Shown here piece after piece: positions 1 through 15,299 of a stretch of DNA of 64,000 nucleotides. The stretch lies in assembly GCF_009914755.1 (NCBI RefSeq), contig NC_060927.1, one strand, 5' to 3'. Within the stretch, counting starts at the first letter, position 1. Each line of letters opens with the position of its first letter. Origin of the DNA: the human T2T-CHM13v2.0 reference genome, Homo sapiens. A program made the position numbers and the translations under genes. A model generated the notes under the pieces. That model was given only the letters and a program-made list of their open reading frames with translations. It was not told the DNA's origin and did no database searches.

Positions 1-2196
1 TGGAAACACTTAGTGGGGAATAAAAATTATCAGAAATCCTTTCTCATAGGAGACCCAAACCCTGACAGGGACATTTTAAAAAATGAAGTAAATGAACTCT
101 GTCAATTTTAATTCCTGGTGTTCATGAATAATGCAGAGCTGGAAATGTAGATAGCAATGGATTTGAGGGAGGCAGCCAGGATTTTAACACTGGCTTTGCT
201 GGTAAAAAGATATAAAGCCACATGACTTCATCTCTTTTGGCCTTCGTATTCTCATCTGTAAAGTAGGCCTTTTTCTATATGATTCCATTTTTTAGACAAT
301 TAAATATCTTTTCCAATATAAAGCTAATATGTGCTTATTGAAGAAAACTTGAAGAATAATGTATGAAGAAAAGAATGTTTTTAATCACCCATAATCAAAC
401 AACTCAGAGATAACCACTGTTATGTATTGAAGCATTTCTTTTGAATCTTTTTTCTAGGATATTGATTAAAACAGGGGTAATACTATATTCAGTCTTATAG
501 TTATTTTAAATAGATCGCTTACATGTTCTAATATAAGAATTATTTACATTTGGCTTTCGAATGGTGTTTTGTCCTAGCTCTACAACCACCTGGGCTTCTT
601 CACTGTCACCCAGGAATTCTAGTTTTCCTTCTCGGGTATCATAATAATGCATTATATTTATTTTTCACATTTATAGTCTCATTTGGTCCCCACAGCAATG
701 GAGGAAGGCAGACCGGACAAGTATTATTATCTCCTTTGATACATGAGGAAACCAGGGCTCAATAAAGTGAAGTGATTTGCTCTAATTACCCAGCCAGAGA
801 TGGTCAAGGACAGGGAATTTGATCCCAAGACTACCTGCTAAATACTCGTCATCACACTACTTCCATTTGACCCGAGTTCAAAAAAGCAAACTCCATTGTC
901 TACCAGCCTGGGAAGATGAACAACTTTTGCTAACACTTGTCTCTGCTGCCAGTGCATTTCTATGAGGAAGGATTGTTTGGTCCAAAAAATTAACAGGAAA
1001 TTATGTAGATTGCTATGTTTTAAGTAATTATTTATGGTGCTGATTTTAATAAATGCATCATCCAATTATCTCTAATGCTTAGGCTCAATTTTTTTTTCTT
1101 CCTGGCATCACTATTATCTTGTCCTCCATTATCTAACTACCTGCGATAAGCCTCTGCATGACCAGTTCTGACCTCAGGGATAGTTCTGTTATCGTATTTG
1201 ATTTGATGGATTATAATTAGCCTAAAATCCAATCACAGTCATGAATCCAATGACTGGAAACTGGGAACTGATCCAGGACTGGTCTGTGATGGAAATATAA
1301 TATCCTCCATAACTGGCTTGAATTATAATTGGTCATATTAAAGTCTAATGTTGACTAATTCTGAATACTAGAACGACATTCAGCCAGTCCTTATGTTGCA
1401 CTGCTGAATAATTTTGGATTAAGACATGTAGGTAGCTTCATGTTATATCATACTGTGAATCTGATTTCTAAATCTCCAATTAGCTGAAATTCAACACAGA
1501 CATGTAAAGGTAGCAGGAAAAAGAATAACATTTATTTAGAGATTTCAATGTAGAACTTAGCCTTTTTTTTTTAAGGCTAAATCCTCATTAACCTTTGTCC
1601 TTGCCTGTAACTACCAAGGAATTATGAATCAGGGTGAGCAAGTCTCCTAATTACCTTTTGCTTAGTGTTGGCTGAGTGACCCTGCTGACCTAGAAGACCG
1701 CTAGAGGCAAGGCTCCAACATCAGAAAATTCTGGAGAGCCAGAGACAACTTCAAAGTCTGCAGCCTTACCAGAGTCTTTCCCTTTCTTCTTCCCCACAAT
1801 GTACAAACCCCACCCACCAGTCTAAGTCACAGGCCCCTCTCTCTACTGTGGCATTCACTGATAACTAAGAGGTTTCTAGGAAAGGCTTTGTCTGGCCATT
1901 CCTGCAGGTGTCTGTGTTACAACAGGGGCTCCTTGAAGAGAAAATCTGTCTTAGGATCAAGTGTGTAGGGCCCGGGCCTAGACTGCCTCCCAGCCACCCT
2001 CCTCTTCTGTGGGTACTTCCATTCCTACCCTGGATACTCAGAGGCCCTCAATTGCTCAGTTTCCTAGAGGCTGATCACACCCTAAGCAAATAAGTTAGGC
2101 TCTAGAACTGATGGCTCTTCTCTGTCAATCAAATATCTTAGTCACCATCTTGAAGGAGCAAAATAAAGTGAAGCCAGCAACCACCACATGTCTCAC

Positions 2197-2341
2197 CATC
2201 CAAGGCTGTGGCCTGTAGTAGAAGCAGCTCAGCTTCACTTCTTCTGAGGAAGGCTGCGGCTTCTCCAAGGTCTGACAGATCCATCTTTATTAAAGCAATC
2301 CACCAAAAAAAGGCCCTAAACGTGAGTAGGCAAGATTCAAC
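2197..2341 (-). CDS. MYH15: Myosin heavy chain 15, first major coding exon (VESCLLTFRAFFWWIALIK-MDLSDLGEAAAFLRRSEAELLLLQATALD-G); gene continues left of the window
   Basis: Acceptor T11-CAG|GTT at 2341, donor GATG|GTGAGA at 2197. 145 nt, open frame. Translation matches the recalled MYH15 N-terminus and the sarcomeric myosin 'GEAA.FLR.SE' motif. Internal ATG at 2284-2282 is in strong context (AAGATGG). Confidence 0.93.
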
Positions 2342-2526
2342 CTGAAAAAAAAAAATTGATACAGAGAAGAAAAAAGTGGAAATAAGGCATCAAGCTCTAA
2401 ATGAGCAACCATTCACATAGATAGACTAAAGAGTGTTAAGTTTTCCTGTAACTACCTGTGCCCCTTCTTTCTCTTCGCTATGTCTCAAATTTATACAAAA
2501 TTGGACTCAAGAATATCTGACTCTAG

Positions 2527-2795
2527 CAGGGCTGACTTACCCACTAGACATAGAAGGCACAGTGCCTGAGGCCCACAATGCTTTTAGGGGCCCATGAAAA
2601 TGTTTAATTTATTTTTAAATCAGAAGAAAAATATAAAAGTAATATGAATGATACATATTAATGAACAGAGCCTGGATTATATTCATCTTTAGGCCAACAC
2701 AGTTATGAAATCTGATTTTTAATATTTTTTTGTGGAGAAATGGTCCTTAAAAGACAGAAGTGCCTGTAGTCAGTGAAAGTCATAATGCCACCCTG
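2527..2795. mobile_element. Non-autonomous hAT (Tip100-like) DNA transposon fossil
   Basis: CAGGG...CCCTG termini and GGCACAGTGCCT..GGCCC subterminal motif. Confidence 0.5.
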
Positions 2796-5700
2796 CGCCA
2801 TGGAGTTCTGACAGGTGGTAGGATATTCCAGATGGAGAAACATCAAGTTGCGGACACTAGGCCTTTGATAGGCGTGGAGGGGGGTTTCGAGGTATCCAAT
2901 TACCCCCAAGCAGACAGACCGTTATAGACAGAGTATGGTTACAAAGAGAAGTGATTCAGATAAATGTTCAGTAATAGACAGTAAAGGGATAAAAAGATAA
3001 GTATCTTGGCAGAGATAAGTGTCTGGGAGCAAATGATTTACAAAAATACAGGCACAGTTGGGCATTTGGGAGGCCTGGCCAAGAGCAGTAATGAAGAAGC
3101 CCAGGCTGAAGGTGGCAAGCAGGTTACATGGTGATGTGAGTGAAGCTGGAATAAATAAAGAAGTTCATTGGCTCAAGCAAGGCAAGTATCAGTCTTAGAG
3201 GGACTAAGTTGCTGGACAAATTACCAAGGCTGAAGTCACTGAGCACCCACTGTATACCAAACACTGGACATAGTTTATCTTTAATTTTCACACTTTACAT
3301 TTGATAACAGGGAGAAGAAGAAATGGAAACTGGGCCTTCATGATCTTAAATGAGAAGCTATTCTCTCTATTTGGACAAAAAAAGTCTTCCTCTTCACTCA
3401 AGCATGCAAGGCAAGTGTTACTCATCACATTTATAGGTAAGAAGGTAGAGAAGGACTTGCCAAGTTTGCTTAGCTCAGGTGCTGTCTTTGAGGACAGATC
3501 AGCACCCACTTCAGAATGAACTGTAATCACTTACTATCTTGCAATGAACAAATCCAATAAACTAATGTATTTTACTGCACTTAATCTGCTCTCTTCTTTG
3601 TGGTGGCTTGGATAGGTATAGTGATACCACTTGTAGGATCTAGTTTAAAGGAGTATGATTTAAAGCAAAGCCTACTGGTTCAGGCTAAGAGTTAGTTTTA
3701 TTTCTGCCAGCAAATAGGCATGTGACTTGTGGGAAATCACTTAGTCCCTGTAGATGCATTTTCCTCACCTATGTAATGCAAGGACTAGTCTTAATGTATA
3801 GGAACATTTCCTAAAGTGGAGAGAAGAAAAGATGCTCAAGAGAAACAACATAAATGATGGCCCTCCAGAGATGCGACTGAAGGCAGCATTTCTCAGGGAA
3901 AAAGACAAAACTGATTTTTCTGCGGGTGAGCATTCAGATTCAGGTTTTGTAATCATTATAACAGCAATAACATTGTTAGACATCTGAATATAGAAGAACT
4001 CAAGGTAAAGGAAAGCTCTGAAAATAAGGCAGAGAAATTTAGAAATAGATGGTAGGAAACATCATCAACTCTGTGGGCAGGAACATGAGGAAAGCAGTAT
4101 TTTGGGAAAATGGCTCTGGTGGCATATTCTGGGTAGATGAGGATGAGGAAAAGCTGTAGTCAGGGAGACAAGTTGTGAGTCTGGATTTGTCTGGGTCCTC
4201 CTCCTCTCTGTATGTGTGACTTCCTAGTGGCTTGCACTCAGTAGACAGTAGAGCTCGGGAAGTATATTTGGAATATAAAAGATATCCATTAATACATGTG
4301 TGTACAAACTTCCTGAAACATACCTAAGAAATGGATGTCTGTCTGAGTAGTGAGAGAAGGAGATGGGTGGGAGAAGGAGAGAACTACCTTTCATTTCATT
4401 CCATTCTAGTCTGTCAATGTGTGCCATGTGCTTATATTTCATAATTAACAGATTTTTTACAAGTAGTTCTTATTATAACATCAGAGATGAAAAGATCACA
4501 GCAAAACAGAGCACACAGCTGTGTAACTCTCCTTCCAAGTCTGGAGCATTTAACATATTTAAAGGTGTACAAAGAACAGAATGTGTAGGAGCAGGCACTG
4601 GAAAGTAGGAAACATTAGGTGCCAGGAGTGGGGCGGGCCTGGCAACCATTTGGAGATAGGTAACTGAAGCCAAGAGAATGATTCACCTGAGCAAAAAAAG
4701 GATCGAAATCCTTCTATCTCCTTGGCCCCATCCAGCTTCCATTAACCCCCTAATGTCCTACTGACCTCTGGGTCCCTTTAGGTTCCAGTTGCACATATGG
4801 CTTTACAATTTTATAGAATAACACACTTGTCACAGCCCAGTCCTAGCAACATCTTAAAATAGAAAATGAAAGAGCCCGAATGCCCAAAAGAAGTAAACAA
4901 ATTAACCTTGCCAGCAAAAGAATCAGGAAGCTATATTTTGTGAATGACAGAGAAACACAGATGAGTATAGAACTGAAGGTAATTCTCTTAGAGGAAAAGT
5001 TCATCTACATGTTGAAAGGAAATTATATTTGAGACTGGTATACTCACACATGTTTATCGGAGAATTCTGACACCATGATAAACAAACTTGTATCTGATAC
5101 TGCATATATTTACAAGACAGAAGAGAGCAGGGGGCAGCACTGGAATCCTGGAAGGAGAATAGGAAAGGATAGGGCAGACGGGCTGCATGCACAATGCTGG
5201 GAGTACCTCACTTCTAGGACCTAGCTCTGCCTTTGAACATTCAGGAGCTTGATTTATCAATACATACTGATTAGGTTCTGGGAATCACATAACTATGCTC
5301 AGAAGTGTGCATACAATTCATCACCCAAACCTGGACCTATTTTTTCTTACTGGGATTTTTAAGAGGGGATGCCATTAATATTTAAATCAGGACAACAAAC
5401 TTAATCTAAGACTGACCCAAGTGAATAGGGACATATGGACACTCCACTAATAAGAGAATTGAGGACTTGAGATGGCAATTTCTAAACTGACAATGAATGT
5501 ACACATTTTCCATAACTGCAAAGTCCAGGTTACTTGTCTGCATGATCCACAGGGCACATAGACAACGTCATCACTATCAGAAGGTTGGATTCGGAGAAAG
5601 ACATTAGATCATCATGTACATGACATAATTCAGTTTGTAACACAGCAAAATAATGCATCCTGTTCTGTTCTAGAGTTCACCTTTACAGGGACTGAGCACC

Positions 5701-5927
5701 ATATAAGCCATCAGTATCCTGTTTATATTGATACGGCACAATTTCCAGGTGTATCTTAGTTACCAGTTGATAAAGTAAAGACAAAGAATGGGAAGCCCTT
5801 ACTGGGAAGGGAGAGCTGAGATGTAAGCTTTTCCTCTTAGCCAAGAAAGAATCATGTTGGTCTGACCTAGCTGCCTTTCATAAAAAATATGTTTGAACAG
5901 CTGCCAGCTGAGACAAGTCACGAGCCC

Positions 5928-6040
5928 AGATGACCAACCATCCCTGTCTTCCCGGAACTGAGGTATTTCCCAGGGCTTGAGATTTTCAGTGTGAAAACCA
6001 GAAAAGTCCCAGGAAAACTAGAACAAGTTGGTCAACCTAC
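5928..6040. mobile_element. MER81-like hAT-Blackjack MITE
   Basis: Terminal inverted repeats GATGACCAAC...GTTGGTCAAC, ~110 bp. Confidence 0.65.
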
Positions 6041-9000
6041 TTTTAAGTGTAGTGCCTGTAGTTCTTTTAGAAATTCAGTCACAATTTTGGAAATTAGCTA
6101 TTTTTATACTGGTTGTATTTCTGCAGCTATCCCCCTCTCCCTCCTCAGGTATTTTGCAAACACCTTTTTTGAAAACGTCCTTTTCAAATATACGTTTGAA
6201 TATATTCATGCAATATATATGTATTGCCCATCTGTAATTGCCCATGTTAGGCCCAGGGGTACAATAATGGGCAGAATAAATACTGTGCCCTCTTGGAGTA
6301 ATAGATTTGAATAGGGATAGAAGTTTCTTCTGTCTTGAATTATTATGCATTAGACAAATCTGTAGAGAGAAATTTTCACACTTTGGGGTGGGGGGGTGGA
6401 GCTGGTCATATGGCAAAGTTCAGAAAAGAAGCCCAGAGGGGGACTGTAGCAGTGAAGGGAAGAGGTAAGCTTATACAGCCACGACTCCTAACTCACTAGT
6501 CTGAATGGAAACTGTAGGCAGAGTTATGTTTTCTTAAGATGAGAAAACACGTTCCTCACATTATTGTTTCACAGGCTCTTTCACTGTCTCATTCTCTGCC
6601 CACCATTCCAATGGAAGGGTCTCATCCTGGAGCCTCCTAATCCCCTAGGATAGAACCCTTGGAGGCATCTCTAATTTTCCTTCTATCTCATGCCACATTC
6701 AATTCATCGTCAACTTTTATTGATAATTAATTTTATTGATAATTAATTGTATAATTACCAGTTCTTATCCACTTTTAGACGACACAGTTTGGAGTGCCTG
6801 TTGAGCCCACACTCCTATTAGAAGTGCCTGCTCTCATCCACAGGAATGAGCCGCAAGTAGCCATGTCTGTAAGGTGACACTGGTGTCCTGGCCCAACTTA
6901 TAAACCAGGCTTCAGTATCTGATCTGGGACAATCAGAGACAATCAGGGTATCCCCCTGGAATACAGATTTGGGATTTAGATGCCACTCTCCATCTGGGCT
7001 CTTTGCTTGAATGGAGTGATGCAAACTTGAGGGTTGAGGTTGGCATTGTGGTGTGGTCACATGGTGCCACATGCACGCTAATCAGCAAAAGCATCCATAG
7101 AGAGGGAGTCACAGGGATGAGGAGAAGCAGCAATAAGGGACCAAAGGAAGAGAGAGATCACTTTCTTATATCTCAAAGACCCTTCCTGGTAACAGTACCT
7201 CCTGAGACCTATATTTAATTTCTGCCTTTGATTTCCATAAGCGCTCTCAATGACCTTCCAGTACATTCTAATTTCTTTCCCAACTTTAAATAATCTGAAG
7301 TGAGTTTTTGTTATTTGCCATCAAAATATCCTTAACTAACGCATTATGTCTCAGTCTCTGTCCCAACAAAGTTTCTTAGTTTCTCTCCTAAGATGATGTG
7401 AAGATTGTGTATAAAACTCAGCACATTGTCTGGTGCATAGTAAAACCTCAATCACTGTTAACTGTTCTTTTTACTATTCAACAAGCATTTATGCAGTCTT
7501 TGCACACTGTGCTAAATATGTAAGACAGTAGCTTTGCTTTCCAAATTGCTTATTGAATCTGAGATGTGCAAAATCATAATGGAGGATGGTACCATGGGGA
7601 AGTAAAGAGGGAAATTCACATAGTGGCAGCTACTAGCTGAGTAGATGGAGGTGAGACAAGGGAATTGTCTATTTAGATGGTGATCGCTCCTGAAAGGTCA
7701 CACTTTCTAGTCTTCTTACTGCTGACCACAGTAAATCTATCACTCAGCACTCATCTCTTTCAATCAGAGCTAGACAATAAATATGGGGATGAGGGGGTGC
7801 AGAAATTCATTTCACCTTGGCATTTCAGTGCCTTAACTATAAGCAGAAACTCAAATGATGCCTATGAAGTAAATTGTTAAAAGAGTTAAACTCTTTTCAT
7901 GTTAGCAGTCCTGACACATTTTTAAGTCGGTTTCATCATAATTGATTAGATTCGCTTGAGTTCTTCATCAAGGTACGTTATTATGCATGTTTACTTTCAA
8001 AGCCTTCTACTGCTGGGAAGCCATGATGCAAGTAATAAGAACAAATATTAATATTCCTTTGAGTAAACAAACACTAAGCATCTTTTGACATAGCCTCTTC
8101 CATTATTAAAATTGGAGACAATGCCTGAAAATGAGAATGGATTTATCTAGATGTCAACAGCTGAAGGGAAGAATTATCAAGCACTTAAATGATCCCAAAC
8201 AAGCTGAAACATATGTCTTAAGGCAGTAAATGAAACACATTTGAGTTACAAGGCCCAGTGAATGCCACAAATCTGGGGAAATGCTGCAAGATGCTCCTAA
8301 TTAGGGACACTACTAGGTAGACAAATGATGCTGCTGCTTCCTAGTATTCATGCTGCTGGGATAATCATGTTATGTGCCTTAACTGAGCAAGGTTTCCTCC
8401 ATAGAAAATCTTAAGTGGTTAGTCTTTAGGCACACATCTACCACCCCTTAACCAGCTACGCTACCTGCAATTTATTTATTTATACGCAGCTTATTTCTCT
8501 ACAAAAGCAGGGGTTTAGGCAGGTTTATCTTCTTCAAAGAGGAATGTTAAAAGGTTGAATTACAAATCAAGAGTATTGCACAAATTATTGATTATTTAAA
8601 GCATTTACTTCAAAGGGTGATTATTATTACAGCTATAGGTCTCCAGGCAATGGAGTTTACACTCCTAGATTCTGCTCCCCGCTCCCCTCCCACTGGGATG
8701 TGGCTTTTCCTCCCATCCCTCCACAGAAACTGTTCTTTCTAATGATCTCCTGAAGAGAAATCCTAATTGTGTGCTTTTCAGTCTCTAATCCTACTCAACC
8801 TCTCTGCAGCATTTGACACTCCCTGGTTGCTGGGGTCCCTTCTTCCTTTTCTTCTCTTTCCCAGTTGTTCATTTACTAATCAAAGGTCCATCCACAATAC
8901 AAATTGTGAGTATCATTGACATTTCTCTTTTGCTCCCTCTTTTCACTAGTTTCTATCTCCCAGCGTTTGCTGGCTCTTTAATCCTTTCAGAACTACCTTC

Positions 9001-9070
9001 TCCTACACTTTACTACCTCCCAATCTCTGATCAAAATGCTGGATCTCTGCACTGAGCTATTCGCTATTGA

Positions 9071-9521
<451 letters not shown>

Positions 9522-12500
9522 ACCTTCTGATTAAATTCTGTCATGCATTCATTTTAAAGTATGTCCTCTTAGGATCTGTGGATTAAAAGAGTAATAAGAC
9601 CTCAAGAAGTTTCCACTCTAATGGACATGGACAACAGAGATATAATCAGTGACTATAATTCAGTATGATAAATGCTAGGTGCTAGGATAGAGCAATGTAC
9701 AGGGCCATACAGGTCAAGGAGGCATAACGCTCTCATCTACATTTGTATTTTTAAGAATAACAGTTTACAACTTAAAGGAAGGAATCTCAAACATCCCTGA
9801 AATGATACCTTTGGAAACAGTGCCAATATACTATTTAATAAAAGCAAATCTGAGTTCTGAGTGTGTATCACACACCAGGAACTAGGTTAAGTGTTTTATA
9901 CATAATAACTCTTTTAACTTTACAGTAGCTCTATGAAGGATATATGTAATAACCTTTATTATATGAAAACACTGAGTCTCAGAGAACTAGCAAGTGTTAT
10001 CTCTAGTTTTAAATCCAGATACATTAAAGTCATTCTTGTTTCCTACTTTGTTCACCTTTACATCCAATCAATTGCCAAGCTCTGCTGACTCTTTCTAAAT
10101 ATCACTCAAAACCATCTCCATCTTTCCATCACCCCTGCCAACATCTGGATCAAGGCCATCATCATTTTTCTGGGGGCGTATTGCTGTATTCTCTCAGTCT
10201 CCCGACAGCAGCCAATCCAGAATGAGGCCCCCAAGTAGAGAAACACAGTTACTGTACTATCTTATTTAAAATCATTCCGCATCCTATGATAAAAGCCCAA
10301 CATGTTAACAGAGCCTATAGAGCTCTCCATCCTCTTGCTTGACTGACACCCACACCTCATCTCTCTTGCTGTCTCATCCCCAGGCCTGACCTGGCTGGGG
10401 CACTACTAGTAGATGCCAACAGCACTCTCTGACCTCTGGGTGTTCACACGTCATGTGACCCCTGCCGGGAACATTCAGCCCTGTCCCTCATCTGGCTAAT
10501 TCTTAATCATCCTTTGGGTCTTCAGTAAGCAACATTTCTACAAGAAGGTATTCTCTAGGTTCGTTCTGTCAGCTAGATGTGTTCTTAGATTTCTTTGCTA
10601 CTTGCATCATGATAATTTTCATCCTATTTTATTATTATTTGTTTAATTGCCCATCTTCCTAATGAAACATAAGTAATCTGAGGGCAGGACTAGGTCTGCA
10701 GCACTCAGAGAAGACTCTAGTTCTTTGGGTAGAGCATTAATAAACACGTAGGGAATGAACCAACAAATAGAGCAGACCCATCAGTCTGACTCCTGAGTCC
10801 TTGCTCTTAAGCATGATGCTATACTTCCTCCTTGGCTGAGCTCCAGCCAGCAAGGAGGCTGATGTTCTTGGTTAGAAAAGCATCTAACCAAGATGCAACA
10901 TGTCCATACAGGCAACATGTCCTTGGTTTAAAAAGCATCACCACTTCATTTTTAAGTTGGATGAGAAAAATTTAGATTTGTGGTTCAAAAGAAGTATGCT
11001 AAGGATAAAAATCAACTGGTATACCATATCAAGAAAACCAGACTGGTAAGGAAAGATTTAAATAAGTAGTTTATTTTTAAAATAAAGGTATTTAAGTCAA
11101 TACATCTGAATTGTATTGCTCCAAGATTTTTGAATCCATGGAGTCTTAGAACTAAAAGTTCTTTAATAACAGCTGGCTCATTGCTCCATATTTTACAGGT
11201 GAGTATGCAGGGACCAGCAAAATACATGATTGGCTCACATTCACCAACCAATAACAATGGAGCAGGCTGAAAGTATGGATAGTTTTGAGCAGAGTTGAGA
11301 GAAAAATACTGATGATAGCTCTATGAAGAGAAACTGAAGGAAACTAAGATCGAGGGCTATACTTTTGTGCTTCAGAATTCAAGGCAAATATACCCTCCTA
11401 TAAAATACTAGTTAATACCACAGTCAACGGAATAAAGATTAGCTGAAATGGAACATTGTCATGATAATATTCCTTAGGGTCAGTGACCCACGATCTGCAT
11501 AATAGAGTAACACTTACTTTAGAATTGCAGGTGCTGTTATTCAGCACAAAATACATGCATTAAATATATTTAGTGATTCTAAAAGATGATATATAAATTC
11601 AAGGTATTAATAGCATTATTTTCATCGATTTATTGGTTTCATATTTTCTGAATGTTCTTAACTCAGGATAATTATGAGTTTTAACTAAGTACAATTGTAG
11701 TCAACATCTTTGCATAATAGATATTCAGATACACTTATCTAAAATAAAACTAGAATATTATGTATTCCAGTTCAATTAAATATAACAATTTTTTGAACAT
11801 TCAATAAGTGCCAAGAATTGTCAAAATGCTTGGGATACTAGAATAATTAAGATGTGGCTTCTGTTTCAAGATTTAAGTCTAGCAGGGACCAAGACTTGTC
11901 AATATAGTTTTCAGTATGATAAGTAAAAGACATACATTCTCCAAAAGATTATACCGAAAGTAAAACAAATTGCTGTTAAAATTCTCACCTCAGAGCAACT
12001 ATTCTATTCTATGAATACACCATCTTTTTCTTAAAATATTTTGTTTCGTATAACAACCCCCATGCGAAAACTATCAGTAAAAATAGCAAATTGTTTTTAA
12101 TACCCACTATTCAATGTATTGGTGGAAAAGGGAGAGATAGAAACCTACCTTGGAAAGATCAAAAGAAATGGGCAGACCAGTGCTGAGTCAAGACTTTATA
12201 CACTCTTGTCAAGGTCAAGGATGACAGCTTCAGTCAACTTTGCCATTGTTTCTAAATTTGTCTACTGGTTTTTAAGAAGTTGAACCCTTGGATCTGGATT
12301 TGGCACCCCAAATGTCTCTGAGGCAAGGGTATGAGATGTCAGAAAACGATCCCATTTCTATAACCAAAATCCGCAGACTAATTTAACTCATTCCTCAAAT
12401 GCTTGCTACATAATAGGATTAGACAATATTAAAAGAGAAGCAGCAACACCGTCTCTGGTGGCATCAATTTTGGAGTCTTGGGCTCTAGTGCTATCTCTCC

Positions 12501-15299
12501 AGTGATTTGGAGCAATTAAGTTAAGGGTCTCAACATTTTCCATATCGCCAAGAAAATAGTTAATCATAGATATCTACTATTTATTTAGGCTATTCTGAGA
12601 ATACTAAGAAAGAATATTTATTAAGGGTGGATTATATTCCAAGTGATTGTTCCAATCAATTTGCATATGTGAGTTAATATAATCCTCATAACAACCTTGT
12701 AAGATAGGGTTTATTATTCCCATTTTACAGATGTGGAAACAAAGGCAGAGGTGATAAGCTAGTCATTTTGGGAGACAAGATTTGAGCCTAGATGTTGAGC
12801 TTCAAAATATATTCTTGTAATAATTATAATATATAATTTTTATCTCATACATCTCATTTGGTTCTTTAATTTCTTCCCCCCTCCCAAAAGTGTAATTTTT
12901 AAAAGTGTCTTGTCTATCCAAGGAAATGTATTTCTATTTGCCTCTTTCAACATTGAGAAAATTTTCTTTTACTGAGTGTCTAGGTGAAGCAAACAGCTAA
13001 TTGATTGCTACAAAAGGGGAGATTAGCCAGTCGACCCTTGACTTTGAATTACTTTCTTAGGACTTATAAGCTTTTTACAAAACCTGAAAATGTCTTTCTG
13101 GAGCAAAGGACTTTCTGAACTTTTTTAAAATGACTTTTGGGAAATGATGTTAAAAAAAAAAAGGAAACTCTTTGAGTTATAGGAAATAGTTCATGCGATC
13201 AGTTCTCACTACTCATGGGTCAGTTCTGCATAACTATTTCCCAGACCAATTTATTAACCATTTCCCACTGAGCAATAAAAGAATAGAGAGACACCTCTCC
13301 TGAAGCCTATTACAACAGCATTGAGGGCAGAAGTAAACTAATAAGAAATGCTGAAGCAAGTACTGTATAATTATACCCAATCAATTTTTACCAAAATGAA
13401 TCAATATGGCAGTCTAATTGAGATGATCTTTGTTGCTTCATACAGGAATGAGATTTAATTAGAATCTCCAGTGATTGTAAATGGGTAAACTGAAGTCACC
13501 AGTAACCTCACAGAAATCCCAGGCAATATGAGATGAAGCAATAGATACAGCGCCCTGGCTGGCTTTTTGTTCACAGGAAATGGACATTAAAGTGCCCTAC
13601 TTGGCCTTTGGGAGACTGCAAACCATTTTCAGGTGTGCTTGGGGCCTGAGTAAAAGGGTGTGGTATTGTGTCCAGACATTTGTAAAAGATTCAGTTCAGA
13701 TAAAGCAGACAAAACAGTTTAACTTGCATTTCAAGGAGCTCTGAGGATTCAAGATGTTCAGTTGTGGAAGAAACTAACAAGACCGGTTTTAAGAGGGGTT
13801 TAGTTTGAAATAAATGAGAGACAGCTGTTAATAGTAATAAGCCTGTTTCCATTTTTGAAAGGTTGGGAGGGACATGCACCAATAGACTCGGAGGGCAGGT
13901 GGTGGGGAGCAATAGGAGATGTATGTGGTGAAGATGGTGGAAAGACAGAGGGGGACTGTGGTTCTATCAACAACAACAAAAAAATCCCAAGAAAGGGCAT
14001 GAGGCATGATCAGGGAGATTCTGATGTGGCTTAGTGGGTATTTGGTAGTTGACAAATCTAAAGGGTAGATAGGTGTGGTGACCCTGGAGATTCAAATTTT
14101 TCCTAGGGCATTATTATAACCCCAGAAATGTGAGGCAGTGTTACTTCTTCTCTGGGTTGAACAGAGAATAAGGATCAAAACAAGGGTCTTAATGTAAAGT
14201 AAGTGGTGTATTTTAAAACAATCAAGTGAGAATAAGCTCTGTCAATAGTTGCTGTATTCAAATGATTGAATTCCATAGAATCTATGGATAATTGACTTGA
14301 CGACAAAATTAAAGTAACTATGCCCACCATAGAAGCCCCTTTGAAGATTTCTTGCATGTTGACAACCACAAGTTGTTCTGCTTCACATGTAGTTGATCTA
14401 GTAGTGTAATTCACAGAACCAAAATTCAAACCTGAAATCTTACTAATTGATTAATAATTGCTAAAGAGGAAATGTTTTATAGCGTTTACTATACAGATGC
14501 TACAGAACTATTTGAGGGCGAAATAATTCATACGATGGTGTTTTGAGACACAATTTAAAACATCCGTTATTCCTTCCTGTTCCTAATCTCAATAGAAGGG
14601 TTGATATCATAAAAGATGTTAGAATGTATTAGGTGATACAGGGAGGAAAAGAGGGCATCTTCCACACAGATTTGCTACAGATTTACAAAGGAAAGAAAAA
14701 ATCCTCTCACTTCCAAGGCCCCCATCTTCTTCCTTTACCAATTTTGTTGGTGTGATTTGAGAACAAGAACATTTGCGAAAGGACTTGATGTGTGGATATA
14801 AAGTGATAGTTTCATACTTGTTACAATGTAAGATCATATGCTTCTGAGAAGGAGAATTCATTATTAAAGATGTTTGTGATATTTAAATAAGAATGAATTA
14901 TAAAACAGTATTTACAGTATATTTAAGATTATATGCATAATAAAAGTTCCAAATTGGCTATCTCTGGATGGTGGGATTATGGATTCTTTTAAAAATTATT
15001 TTGCAACTCTAAATTTTCTACTCTTCTCTTTCTATAATGAAAATATCATTTTGTGCAATAAAGATTATCTTAAAATAAAATAAGGTGATGGTCAGTATTT
15101 CTGGGTATAAATTAGGGTCAGAATTAGATATATATCATACTGAAACATTACAGTATACCCTGTAAATATATGCAATTATTATTTGTCGAATAAAAATAAA
15201 ATTGAACTTCCAAAAACATTAAAGAATTATGTAAATGTTTTTGTATACATACATATATAATACACTCCTGTACATATATAAATAACATATAATTAATTT

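Noticed and set aside
4621-4643. GC box GGGGCGGG inside a GCCAGG...CCTGGC stem
   Set aside because: Isolated motif with no CpG island or other promoter evidence.
5991-6416. Overlapping 107-aa and 113-aa ORFs on opposite strands
   Set aside because: They partly overlap MER81/L2-like remnants, have non-ATG starts and show no homology I recognise.
6715-6746. 16-bp tandem duplication TTTTATTGATAATTAA x2
   Set aside because: Ordinary slippage in AT-rich DNA.
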